DNA of 64,000 nt from Klebsormidium nitens (GCA_000708835.1 DF237051.1:1-64000), one strand, 5' to 3'; shown: positions 10,922 through 23,456, counted from the stretch's first letter. The notes: generated from the letters alone by a model not told the origin. Translations and numbers: made by a program.

Positions 10922-13900
10922 ATGAGAAGCGCGCCTTTTGGCAAGGTTTTATCCATCCGGATTGCTCACTTAGTTGTTTCTGGGTGCGTCTGCGGGGCAC
11001 ACCATGTTCAAGCCCATTGGTGGCAATGTAAGTCCTGGTCCCTTTCCCTCTATTGTGCAAGTCAACCAGCTTGTTTGAAACATTTTGATTGCTTGCGATA
11101 CGGAACTTGTTCTTCTTGAAGCCCTGCTTATCTGGGAGCCAGCTCCATGAACCGTGTTCGGGCAACCAGCTGTTGCTAAAATTCCGTCTGCTCATGCTGA
11201 ATATCCATTCAGCAAAGGTTTATTGAGCAGAGGGCGGAGCTGGAACTTTCTACTCAACCTACTAACTTTTGCCCCGTTCTTTGGAAGTTGAGCTCATCGG
11301 AAGCATGTGGTTTTGCAGGTGCCACCAAAGCGCATACCTAAGAATCCCAAGTACGAGAATGTCAAGGCAACAGTTGACAGGTTTGTTGTGCTGCTACTGT
11401 CGTCCTGATGGCCTTGAACTCATCAATGGTATTGCAAGCAGCTCATGCAGGGCCCAGCTTGATGAGCTCTTTCCTTAAATAGATACGAGACTGATGGAGC
11501 CAGCAAAGCAGTCTACAGACACGTGCTTCCAGAAAAAAACTGCAAAACAATGTTTTCAGCTGGATGTGCAGTGACCATTTTGGTAGAGAACCTGCGGCGA
11601 CACTTTGCACGCATTGTAGCCTGATGGTAGCTTGCTGCACAATGAGACATTCTTCAGAACCTCGCCCCGAAAATCCTGCATATGTTTGAAACCTTTCACA
11701 CCAAATGAATCGCAGATTGCCTACGGGCTTGAATTATTGAGCCTACATTTCTTTGAGCTCCAGATCTCTTACTTCCTCTTCTGAATTTGCTACACTTTCT
11801 GTCTGCTTCTACAGTGGGCCAAACATGCTCGGGGCTGCGGAGCAACTGAACGAGACAAAAATAAGTATCTTAAGCATGCCAGCTACCAGATGATTGAGAT
11901 TTCCTTTCCAATGATGTCTTGGAACTTCCCAGCCATCAATTGTGCTTTGGGCCCCCTATGCCACATGAGTCACTGCGCTTGCACAGCATTTAGTAAGCAT
12001 TTGCGCTGCCGTACCGCACTTCGATCTTGACCTAGCCTTGACACTTGAACAGACATCCTCTTCAAAAAGGAGGAATTCTTCAAGCGGATGAAGCCAGCAA
12101 CCCTGGCGCGGCTCTTGACGCAGGTAGGTCGGGCACTGAGATAAGGATGGTCGCTTCAGCTCAAGGTGAACCGGTCCTGGAAGCTGCTTCTAGGGAGATA
12201 TGATGGGAGTAACAAGGAGGATCATGCATACTCCCTCCATACTGTGATTTTGGATAGTGGTTGATTTGAGCAGGATAAAGTGCCGTTCAGTCTGGTCAAC
12301 CTTTTTCGTTCACTTGTCAACACTTGCGGCAGCAAGGCCGGCTTTGGCATAACCGGATATCTGTGTACAGTAGCAATCCATGCTAGTTGTCGCCCTCTGC
12401 AGCATTTCTTTGTCTTTTAAATACGGCCGACCGTCTTAAGTAGCCTCGCCCCCTGCTAATCCACCTCTGTTGACACTTCTAAACCTTCTTGTCCGGTTTC
12501 CAGGAACGGCCAGAGTTGGACGTAATCGTGCTGGACGTCCGACCAGAGGAGGCCTTCCAGATTGGACGAATTAGAAACGGTACGCTGCATCCGATTCTTG
12601 ACTCCTGGTGGAGTTTATCTTCTCTACTCCGTGCTTTTGTAGCGCCCCAACCAGCTTTTCAGCTTGTTGATTAAGGTAATTGGTTTTCTGGTAGTACCAC
12701 AGAGGTTGTCCTCCTAGCACAGGAAGCAACGGCAACACGTGAGCTGGGCAGATCTCTCTTATACCGGGACCATGAAAAGTGCGCCAACCTGCAAAATGGG
12801 TGATGTTCGGTGATGTTGATTACAAAGAATCCATTCACACACGTTTCAATGCTTCTGGTGCTCCAAGCTCTAGCATACTCTACTGGGTATATAGGAGGGT
12901 GCCCTTTTTTCTATGGAGAAACGTTTGAGTAGTTTGCAGATGCTTTGTATGCCAAAATGGGTTTCGATCTCGTCCAAAATGAAGGAATCTGAGCTCGCCA
13001 TCTGTCACGGCTCTGTCTCAGGTTCCCTTCTCGAGAAAAAACGACTCTCACTTCGAAGGCGAACTCTGTAATGTGCAGAAAGCGCTCCGTTTTTGTCAAG
13101 CTCATAGTTTTCTGTTCTGCGAAACCCACATCGACGCATATGCTCTTCTCCATGCAGCTATTTCCTACCCGTCGCCCCTATTTACGAGGGCGGTTAACCC
13201 ATTCTCGTCGCAATTGTTAGCTTATGTGAGTGATCATTTTGAGTTACTTTTTTCACGTTATTCCATACGTTCGACGGTCGAAGCGCGATCTCGTCAGACC
13301 TTATAAAACCGAGTGCAGTGGACATCGATAAAATCCATCAAAGCGAACTTAATAAGGACCAAGGGCCTATCTCGATCCTCCCATACCAAGGGAAGACGAT
13401 AGTGTTCTTCCGAGTTCTTGTCAAGAATGTCGCTTCATTCTTGGCGACTGGATGGTGCTTAGTGCGCCTGAAGGCCGTCTTGACGGCAGAGGAGCATTCA
13501 CTTTCGTTTGGCACAGTCTATCTTATTATTTCTGGTCCAGCAGCAGAACTTCGACGGTGAGAAACCACTTTTTAGGCGGTGCTTAGATCTGAGCAGGAGC
13601 TTTGCTTTGACTCCGCTCGTACAGTGCTCACACATCTCGAGAATGTGTGAGCACTCGTATCTTAATCACTCAAATCCTAATTTCAAATGCCGTTTGACAT
13701 TAAGACACTTTGGACGAGCGCGACGGGTGTCTCTTTTTAAAAGAGCCTCGCCAGCCCTATGTCGAAAATAATTCTTAAAGGTCAGTAGTTGTGCTCCTAG
13801 CCCATCACAGAGTCGCACGTCACTTCAATTACACGGAATCTGCCGAGTCGTCGACAGCTAAAGTTGCAGTTTACAAATCTCTTCCCGGGCTTACTTCGGC

Positions 13901-15946
13901 TCAACTCTTTCATCGAGTCTCGAGGCGGGTCGTCAAGGATCTGTACCATCCAAGGAATTCTCTAGTTCTCTGTGACCCTCTTAACATGTCCGTCCCAACT
14001 GCAGTCACCCTCTTACTCACGGATGTCCCTTCTTGCTCTCCAGATGAACAAGGAGGGGAAGGCGGTGGTATTGTATGACGAAGACGAGCGGATAGCTGCG
14101 GTAAAGTTTCCAGCAACAACCTGCTTAATTTCACGAGGGGCGCCTTTGAGGCGAAAAATCTGTTTATCTAGGGTCTAAATTAGGATGGAATGGTTCATAT
14201 GTTAAGCGGTACTGAAGGGAAGGCGTCCGTGTCGTCTTTGCTTCCCCTTGGAGAAACACAAGGCGGGATAACACGATGGGCATTATGAGGTCTGTTTTAA
14301 TGCCATAGCGCTAAGCAGCAAGCGGGCGCTCCGGTGTTCCATCTCCTTTTCGTCCGTCCGTCGAGGTCATGACAGCCACGACAAAGCTGGAAAACTGCCT
14401 TATTTTTGAATCCTCGGACCGTATTCTGTTCTTTGGACCAGCATCAATTTTTGCTGCGGCCAGCGGCAAAGAAAAAATTCCGGGCAGCTATTCTAACGAA
14501 ACGGCGCTTGTCGAGTGTCTGCAATGATTTGCTGTCCTTGACGAGTAGATGTAGATTAGATTGCTCACACGCTTAGGAGCATCAAGACGTCAGATAAGGG
14601 AAGGTTCCGGAAGGAGTCAGCAAAGGCAAGCATCTGCTGAGTGAACGTCAGCACCTCTGACCGGTGGCCCTTGTCTTGCAGGCCGCTGCTAATTTATTGT
14701 ACGAGAAGAATACGGACAACGTGTTCATCGTTTCGGGGGGTGAGTTCTTCCCGGACCATACGGTCCAAATTCGCCAATCTGTACATGTAAAAACGGCGAA
14801 GTATGCAGCGTGGGCAAGCATTGCTTGGTTAAATTGCAACTCACCTGGCAGATTGAGTAGTTCGGGAGTATGCCCAACATCAACTCCGATTCCTTACGCG
14901 ACAAGTACGACAAGCCTAAGCCTGTCTCTCAAGTCTTGTCTGGTCGAATAGACACCGTTCATTTTCTTAAACTTAAGTCATTGCCTCGCCAACTCCACAA
15001 ACATCGAGCCGTAAGCCGCCAGAGGCTGCTGCCGACGGTCGTGCCCGCATGCTCCCATGTCTGGGTCCCTCAAAATAATTTCCGAGCGCTTCAGCTCTTT
15101 CCGGGCGCGCTGCCAAGTCCCACAATGGGACGCTTCCTGTACGCTTCCTTCGACCGTAATTTTGGTGGCGAATCCGCACCACCGTACCAATCTACAAGAG
15201 AGACGTCTGCCGTTGGGGAATTTGTGGCGATTCTTATAAGCAGCGCCAAGCATCTCGTCTGGTAGGTCGCATGTGCTCAGAGCTGGCAACAAAGTTAAAA
15301 GGAGAGCCGGACGAGACAGATGTTCAGTTTGCGGAACAGGGGTCGACCCTGGGCCACGTGTCAAGACAAACGTTGCCTTGCACAAGCTGTGGCTGCGCGG
15401 AAGGTGATTGTTTTTGGTAATCTTCGTTCGAACCGTAAGCTCTCTCCTTGTACAGGGCTCCGGTGGGTAGCTGTCGGACGTCCCAGAGTGGATCGACGGC
15501 GTCTCGAACCGGTCACTCCAGCGTAGACTTTCCAACCTCTAACCTTTCACCTCTTTCTTAGTACACAGCGCAATCTTGATATTATTACTCTCTGATCGTA
15601 AGCTCTCTTCTTGCGCAGGGCTCCGGCGTGTGGCCGCCGTCGCTCCGAGTATAATCTACGGCGCACTTCTGACTTCACTGAGGCCAATTTCTTGTACCGA
15701 TCACTCTTTCGTGAACATTCAACTTTGTACCGGTCACTTCTTGGCGTAACTTTCTGATCGGCAAACTCCCCGTTTATGTGCAGGGCTCCGGCGGGTAGCT
15801 GCGGACGCCCCAGAGTTGATCGACGGCGTCGCGCCCCCGCCGCCGTCCCCGGTCGGCAGCCGGCGGGCCAGCGGCAGCACCCGCCCTTCGACGGGGGCAA
15901 GCGTCCGGAGCTCGGTACAGGGCTCGAGCGCGGGGACGAGTCGAAG
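10922..15946 (+). CDS. CEP41: Centrosomal/ciliary protein CEP41 homologue (rhodanese-like fold); exons 10922-10945 (uncertain), 11319-11380, 11815-11864, 12053-12123, 12504-12579, 13158-13225, 14044-14100, 14682-14739, 15784-15946; last exon unresolved
   Basis: Spliced peptide KRIPKNPKYENVKATVDSGPNM..FKKEEFFKRMKPATLARLLTQ..VLDVRPEEAFQIGRIRNAISYPSPLFTRAVNPFSSQLLAYMNKEGKAVVLYDEDERIAA..LYEKNTDNVFIVSGGLR. It is collinear with recalled CEP41 motifs (KRIPQNPRYQHIKSRLDTG, KKDELFKRLK, LLDVR, IILYDDDERLAS, ENLFMLSGGL). All seven joins among the eight exons from 11319 onward are phase-consistent. Confidence 0.88.
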
Positions 15947-16115
15947 GTGGGATTTGACAGCAGCATATATCTTCCCACTACTTCAGCTTTGCAGCTTACT
16001 GCGTCAAAGCTGGCTCTCGGATACGCAGCTTCGTTCCATCGGCAAAGCCTTGAGCGTGCAGTCCGTTACAACAGACCTGGTTCCGGCGGGGGGACGAGTC
16101 GAAGGTGCGATGTGG
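15425..16115 (+). repeat. Echoes around CEP41 exon 15784-15946: acceptor/exon-start copies at 15456 and 15619, donor/exon-end copy ending 16104
   Basis: CAG|GGCTCCGG occurs at 15456, 15619 and 15784 (spacings 163, 165) with similar upstream intron text. GGGGACGAGTCGAAG|GTG ends at 15946 and 16104 (spacing 158). Confidence 0.85.
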
Positions 16116-18062
16116 CGGCAGCAGCTTCGAACGGAACACTTACAGTCGGTGCAAACCCTTTTCAAAACGTCGCTTGGAGACGATTGGGGGAGGCGCTTCT
16201 TTTTTCGTCCGTAGCGCGTGCCCACTCAAACCTGCTCGTCTCTATTGCGCAGCTTGCTCTCCAGTGCACAGGCTTGAGCGGACAACCTGTCCCCTCAGAC
16301 CTGGCTCCCGAATGCGCAGCTTGGTTCCAAATGAACAGGCTTGAGCGGATTTACGCTCCTAGCTTTGGACGGCTGGACCATGCTTGAAAGCTCGGAGCTC
16401 CGGTGCCAAGAAGATGCAGTCACCGATTCTCAGTCTTCTGGAATTTTGGGTTCTTGACTTTCAGTATGTTTCTAAACGGACGTCCGCCAAACAGTATTTT
16501 GCGAAGCAGAAGTGCCTGGGTAGCAACGCTGAGGAGTCGCCCGTCCATTCCATTCCGATCCATCAGCCTCAATGCAGAAACAGAGTCAAAAAAGTTCGAG
16601 TACTCCGCATCTTGTTCCGAGTTCCGGTGGCTGAAGGCGCCGGGTGGCATGAGCGAGCCGTTGGCGCACCACAAATGTCCAGCAATCTCGACTTTGTGCA
16701 CGCATCTGTCGAAACTTCACCGTCTGTAGGAAACGGATTTCAAAGATTGTCCGCTGAGCTTTGGACCTTTCTTCAAAGAGCCCCAGAAAGTTTTGAATCT
16801 GCCGTCGACTTTACGATCAACCTGTTCATCACATCTGCCTGGTTCGTATGCCTTTCAGAGGTGGAACCTGTTTTGAGATTGTTGAGGGCCATAAATTGCT
16901 GTAATTTCCGGACAGTTGTTTGTGATAGGAATGGGTCACTCACTTGGCTGCGGGTGTTCTTCCAGGAGTTCCGCCGATGCTGACCTGGGGTCGAAGCAGT
17001 GGAGGTAACATCAAGCAGGACGTTAACGTTTTGGTATCAGGAATTAGGCCGCTAGGTATAGGAGATACTCTATTCAAGCTGCAAGGAATTCCTGGAGATT
17101 GCCCTCTTCGTGTACTGTAGAATTAGTGAGCGGCTGCTCAGCTTTATGTCTCAGGAAGAAGCAGCACAGTTAAGGCTCACCGGACTTCGCCATGTTTCGT
17201 CGAAGGAGCACTTGTGGAAGTGCGTGGATGAATAGCTAGAGGTACAGATCAAGTTGAGTTTCTGGTAATAGAGGATCTTGGGTATACCAAGGCTGGTGTT
17301 TGGAGCATGATACGTCTCCATTCATAGTACGTGCGTAATCAGGTGAATACTGTGACTTGCGATTATAGCTAGGTCTGATTGCTCTTCAGTAAGTCACTGA
17401 GTGCTCGCGTATAGCAGACAGACATCGGCCATTACGCCATACCTACATGTCGCGTGTATGCATGTGAATTTCAGTTCGACCGGCCAATCTAGGAACCTTT
17501 TTCATAAACATAATACGTACGTGCATGGATCGACGATCTCGTACACAGGCGGTTTATATGCGGTTCTGGGTACCGCGGTTAGACCGTGGATGCATCGCGG
17601 AGTATCCTCGGAGTAACCAACGGCAAACCGCGGTCTCAGAATCCAAGATTGCGGTTTGAGACGGGCTGCCCGCAGTCTACGTTTCGACTGAAATTATATA
17701 CGGGGCCGCTACAGTCATTTAATATAAGGGTCGGACCGGTCGATAATATATGGCTAATACAGGTGTATATACGCGGTCGAATAATCGTTCGCGCTCGACC
17801 GGAGCTTGCAATCGCGACGTCAAGATCGAATCAAAACGTGCGCGGCTCACTTTTTGTTTTCTAATTGTATCTTTTTTTCGTGTCGATGAAACACTGAGCT
17901 GTTTTTTAGAGCTTGTTACATGTGGTGGCTAGAGCTTGACTCCAAGTTAATTTACGCTTTGTTTCTTTCGGGCCCAGAACTGTAACGGCAAACAATACAA
18001 GTTCGGCTTATATTTATTTGCCCCATTTTCAAGCCATGAAACCTCGGATTCCGACCTCCAAC

Positions 18063-18094
18063 NNNNNNNNNNNNNNNNNNNNNNNNNNNNNNNN
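18063..18094. other. Assembly gap (32 N)
   Basis: Run of N. Confidence 0.99.
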
Positions 18095-18097
18095 AGG

Positions 18098-19005
18098 AGT
18101 TATCGGAAAGTTGCCCGAGTTTTTGCGCCGATCCGATAAGGTTAACGCAAAGGTAAGGCCACGCGAAGTCAATATGTTGTTTCCGGTCCATCCCCTTCTG
18201 GGGTGGGTCGGTCGGTCGGTCGGCAGAAAGTAATAAATAAAGTTTTGGGCTGATATTGGACATTTCTTCGCATTTTGCACAAAAACTGACCCAAAAATTC
18301 AAATCCCGCGATTTGGGTAGTACCGTACGACCAAGGTATGATTCCGAATGCTCGAAAAAGGCAATTATTTTAGCGAATCCGAGCCCAAATCATGTATTAT
18401 TTTCCACTTTCCGACCCTAAATCCGAATGGCCAAGAGGTACCTCGGTACCTACATTTTCGAAATCTGTAGCCGTAATCGGTACGTACCGCACACTCATAC
18501 GGCCTGGAATTCACTTTCCGAACGGGATTTAGCAATTATTTTCGGTATCCAAAAAAGCAGAATCCGACTGCTTATCCGGAGTTTCCAACATTCCGAATGC
18601 AAATAATTAATTATTTATTCGGAATCATACCTTGGTCGTACGGTAATTTTGGCCCAAGAACCGTGCTTCCTGACGGATGAGAGCAGAACCTGTCGAATTC
18701 GTCAGGTTTTCCCTCTTGATGTCGAGACTCAAAGCCAATTTGACCAATTTTAGGGTGCATAAGTGGCATATGACCTGCCAAAATCCAGATTATTATATTA
18801 TTGTTTTCCAAAATCGTCCAAAATTTGGGTCGGTCGCGGACCGGAAACTACATATCGACTTCGCGTGGCCTTTAAAAGTTATAACTTTCCGATAAGGGCC
18901 AGAATTCCTTGTCGGATCGGCGTGACTTTCCGATAAGCAAAGTACCGATAAGGACTTGTCGGAAAGTTAAACTTTACCGATCCGATAAGAAGCTTATCGG
19001 AAAGT
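18098..19005. mobile_element. Inverted-repeat element with subterminal TTATCGGAAAGT/ACTTTCCGATAA repeats
   Basis: 35-bp arms at 18155-18189 and 18838-18872 (2 mismatches). Multiple TTATCGGAAAGT-like copies in both orientations at 18098-18140 and 18885-19005. Confidence 0.6.
18321..18645. mobile_element. 325-bp MITE with perfect 29-bp inverted ends (including terminal TA), Tc1/mariner-pogo-like
   Basis: TACCGTACGACCAAGGTATGATTCCGAAT (18321-18349) is the exact reverse complement of 18617-18645. The TA at each end is compatible with a TA target-site duplication. Confidence 0.8.
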
Positions 19006-19029
19006 TAAAATGCTGCGGGTGCGAATCGC

Positions 19030-19212
19030 CCCTGAGAGTGCAATTTGGGCTTTAGCTGTGATTCCCTAGGACCTTCCACGTGATCAGGACCTCTGGTATG
19101 GATTTTGACGGAGCGATCTGAACCGTCCAATCCGTCAACGTTAACAAGATGGACGCTGGTGACAGCAAAGAGGCTTGTCCCCCAGCCATTTCTCAGATCT
19201 GCAGACCGCCTG
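19030..19212 (-). mobile_element. Truncated inverted copy of the CAGGCGG-ended MITE found at 22325-22572
   Basis: Reverse complement contains CAGGCGG..GAAATGGCTGGGGGACAAGC..GCTGTCACCAGCGTCCATC and matches 22325-22490. It ends CCGCCTG at 19212. Confidence 0.7.
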
Positions 19213-19930
19213 CCAAACCGAGGTTTCAAGTCTAGACTCAGACCTCGGTCTCGGGATCCTGAAACCACGGTCAATCCGCGGTCACTCTGGGTCGATGATG
19301 CATATTGCGGTCTGGACCGCCGAGTCCTCGGTCTTCAAAATTGCATATAAATCGCCCGTGTACCATGCATCATCATGATCTTGGCCCATAGCTTCAACAT
19401 GAATGATTGAGTCCATGATCATTCGATCTCAATGTCAAATGATCATACTCAACTTACGGTGGTTTGAGATTGCGATCATGCAGCCCGTATGGACATGCTT
19501 CAAATCTGCTCCGTAAGTTCTTCACATGCATGTTCTCATAAGCGCGGCACAAAATTTCTGGGAGTGCCACCAGCGCGGCACCGTACACCATGTCTCTGGC
19601 AAGCTCAATCAGTAATTGAGTGGTGACTTGCATGCAAGCAACACATGAAAACTTTGGTACATGCCGTGCGCATTTGATCTTTTGGTCACATGTCTGCAAT
19701 GTGTTTATTCTCCTCCGGCCTTTGGCTGGGCTCTGCAGGGCCTTCTGCAAGTACTTATGCGGCATCGAACCAATCAACGTTTACGAATCCAACTGAATCT
19801 CACTTAGAAACCATTTGGCCACTTGCCACGCTTAAACAGATGGTTCAATCACCCAGCGATATTTCTTGATGTATGCGGTTCACTCCACGTCCAAGTACTC
19901 CAAGATTATTGTTTCAGAAGGGCCCGATGT

Positions 19931-21788
19931 CTATCGAAACCAATCTTCGCCATCAATGTAGTTATTGTAATAGTCTACAAAAGCGCATCTATAATATTGG
20001 CTTCCAACCTCCTCGAAATAGGAGGCCGTGTTGTTCTCGATAGAGAAATCCTCGTCCCCTAGATCACATGGATCCATTTCAAATCTGACCAGCTCGACGT
20101 TTGGGCAGAGTCGCAGCAGCGGCATCAGGTCCTTTTCCAGGCTCATTGTTTGGTGGAAGAATGAAATGTACTGCAAACAGACGAAACAACACTAGATTTA
20201 GGCCGCATGGTCAAGTTGCATAGGCTTGGCCTAGGAAGCAACTAAAGGGAATCAAATCTACAGTGACACTGCTGGAAGACAAGCTTGGAGTCCTTGACAC
20301 CAACAACACATTGAGGACCTTGAATCGTCGTCTTATGTAGAAACCTGAGAGAGGTGTGATTTTGCACAGGCATGCACTTTGAGGAGACTAGCTATAAAGA
20401 AGGTACCAGATTCTTGTAAGCGTACCTCAACTGTCTTGTTCACAACGTGCGTGCCGATCGCCCCCCTCAAAAAAGGCTCGTAGTCATTGTCCAACGGGAC
20501 AAATCTTAGTTCTTCCAGGTTTTTGCAGTTGTCCAACACTGCGAGGAGGCCGTCGAGGTCAAGGACACCTTGGCCAAAGTCAACGCTTTCAAGATCCGGG
20601 CAGCCCTCGGCAAGAGCAACCAGTATGTCCTCTGGGATATGAGTCGGCTCGGCCCATCTCTCTCTGATTTTGATGTGCCTCAGCTTTGGACAACCACTTG
20701 CTATCGCCCGCAGCGCCTCGTAGTCCTTCCAGATTCCACAGGAGGTGCACTCCAAGAGCATCAAATGCTAGCTGAGTATGCCCACCATGTGCAATATTGA
20801 GGAAGCGAAAAACGTGTGGCATGAGGCCAGGGTCAGGTCCACAAGACTCCCTGCGCAGCGCGTTAGAAGGTCGGCATATGCCTCCAAGTAATCTTGGCTT
20901 TGGAAGCTGTCCTCTTGAATGTCTCTGAATTCAATCCTCCTGACGTATTGTGCACGCTTTGCCAGCCAGTGGAGATAGTCCACAGAGTAAGGGCCAACAA
21001 GCACAAGGCGCTCTGGCCTGCGAGCATGAAGTGGACAGCTGTTATTCATGTATTTAATTTGGATCCCTCTTTTTCCAAGATTTCTTAGATCATAATATTG
21101 GAAGGGGCCTTGATTGATTGCTAAGGAAAGTGGTGCAAAAGGGAAAGTGTGATGCAGATGCATCACGGTTGCTGTGCAAACTTGAGGAAGACCCTCAGCT
21201 ACCATTTCACAATGCAGAAGTGAGCCTGCCCATCCTACCCAAGGTTGTTTCGCATCAATTAGCCAGAACAGCAGAACAGCGTTGACATCCGAAACAACAA
21301 AGAAATACCAGACTGATCGCGTCGCTTCTGTTGAACGTGTCTCTCAAAGCCGTTGGCTTTGTAGACGATTATTTGTTTTCGAAGGCCTTTCAGATGACAG
21401 CCTGGACAGCACTAACTCAATGACTTGCAATACCATACTTGTTTTCAGCAATGATCTAGTGGCAGATCAGCATGAGAACCAATGATGGTCACAGAGATGC
21501 CTCAGCGGAGACACCCTGTTGACCAAGCAGCAGTAAGCACCACAATCATTGACAGGTCGTTAGCTTTTTAGACACCTACCAGCAAGATTCATCCTCCAGA
21601 GCCTTGAGTTCGTGGTTGACGCTGGATATGCTGACAAAGTCAGCTGCTAGAGCACTTGCGTTGGCCTCCGCATCCCAGTAGTGGGATGAACGGGACAGCT
21701 TTTGCAGGATGGCAATTATCATATCCTCACTCAATCTGTACCAGGGCGCGTCATCTGCCGGCTGGGGATCACAGATAAGTTGAGCCAT
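19931..21788 (-). pseudogene. F-box/LRR (FBXL-like) gene with an in-frame TAG; exons 21788-21580, 21017-20426, 20170-19931
   Basis: F-box WYRLSEDMIIAILQKL; LRR-type motifs ALRAIASGCPKLRHI, LVALAEGCPDLESV, VLDNCKNLEEL, LLRLCPNVEL. Joins are phase-consistent. TAG at 20770-20768 sits in a continuous frame (GILS*HLMLLEC). Confidence 0.75.
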
Positions 21789-22324
21789 TGCCGGTTCTGA
21801 TAGGTTTACACACTCGCGAGACCCTCTCCCCTTCTTAGCAGGATTTTTGAAGTTGCCTCTACTCTTTTAGCACACCGCAGCCTTCACCAGCTTTGCCTGA
21901 TCAGCATCACGATCCACAGCAGCGCAGATTGTATACCACTGCTTCATTCATAGCATTATGTAGCTTGTAGGGCCACCTGAAGGCTGAGGCCTCCACAAAT
22001 CAGACAAACGCCCTATCGGCGTATCGCTCTGTATGCATGACCAGATTGCGTGACCAAGATGGGCGACCAAAACTGTCAGAGAGTGAGTGCAATCCTGAAT
22101 GGAACTTTGAGAGATACAGAGAATTTGAAATCCCTGGCGCGAAACTGTGTACGCGCGCACGGCACGCGGCGCGCCAAGCCTGAGTGTGTTTGACCGGACG
22201 CGGCGGCGTGCGGCAGGGTTTGCGCCCGCGCACGCGCGGGTCACCCGGCGTTCACGGCCGGTCTGATCGCGCGTCCCTAAAACCCTCGGAGGGGCTGGAA
22301 GTTGATGATTGTAGCGCTCTATGA

Positions 22325-22572
22325 CAGGCGGAACGCACAATCTCGAAATGGCTGGGGGACAAGCGACCATGCTGTCATCAGCGTCCATCCTGTCAACGTC
22401 AACAAATTGACGGCTCCGATTCGTCCTCTTCGGCGCAAGGGAGGAGGCCCAAGCTTAAGAGTCCGGTCGCTAGCAGCTAATGCCCAAGTGCACCCTCAGA
22501 CTGGCTTCATTAGGTGAAGATCGGACGGCTGTGACAGCGTTTCGGCCATCTCAGAATTGTGCGTTCCGCCTG
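22325..22572. mobile_element. 248-bp MITE, TIR CAGGCGGAACGCACAAT, 4-bp direct flank ATGA
   Basis: atga|CAGGCGGAACGCACAAT...ATTGTGCGTTCCGCCTG|atga: 17-bp perfect TIR, with a second family copy at 19030-19212. Confidence 0.8.
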
Positions 22573-23456
22573 ATGATCTACGTACACCATGAGGCGAAAC
22601 TGTTGGCCTAGCGTACCCAGCATAACGCAAGGTACTTCATGACGTGTACCTTTGAAATCTAGCTATATATTTGAGTTGGATCCTTTGTGTGCCATGATCG
22701 AAGCCTACATGTATGGCCTATAAATTTGGCTACGTGGCGTACTTGAAAAGACCATCAGACCTAGATACATGATAATCTTATCCTAGCTATCTAAGTATCC
22801 ACCTCAGCGCTTGCGATAAACTTATTATAACTATACGTCGATGTTGTCAATGCATGAGCTCGACAATACTAGGTACCTACTAGGTACAATTGTGGCACAT
22901 ATCTTCTCGGATCACGGTCGCCGCCGGGCCCGGGGCCGTGCGTTTCCGGATATACCATAGCGTACCGCGCAGATCCTACGTATCCTCGGGTCAATGCATG
23001 CTAAATAGACATCACGGCATGTCAGAATCGTGCAGCGCAAGCTCATGTGTAAAGCAACGCATGTGGGAAGCGGAACCGTTGTCGCCCAAAACTTGCGCCA
23101 GGCCCTCCTTCAGTACACGTTTAAATGGTCAAGCAGAGTGCACGCATTGCATGCCCTGCCGCAAATCACGAAATGATGGCCCGGCAACATGCCAAATTCG
23201 AGGAACTCGTTACACCTCTGGCCGTTCTGTGCGCCGCCCTTGCGACCGGTGAGACGGTGCGCAGCTTGAACACAGCCTTGCACCGCTACCATGCGCTAGA
23301 CTAATCTGAGTGCATTTCCGCTGCATGGAAACCGAGCCATCTCTGTTCCCGCAAACGAATACCTTTCATCAAATCAGACCTGCTAAAAATAATGCTTCTG
23401 CCCACAGCTGTGGTCAGCCCGACTCTCCCCAAGAGCAGGCAACACCGTTCTGTACC

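Larger units (their letters stand above)
17541..19363. mobile_element. Non-autonomous DNA-transposon-like element bounded by imperfect terminal inverted repeats and containing nested elements
   Basis: GTACACAGGCGGTTTATATGC (17541-17561) and GCATATAAATCGCCCGTGTAC (19343-19363) are reverse complements with 2 mismatches. Degenerate inverted similarity extends about 100 bp inward. No transposase ORF seen. Confidence 0.55.

Noticed and set aside
16384-16983. 199-aa ORF
   Set aside because: Non-ATG start, no motif, no coding-like codon bias.
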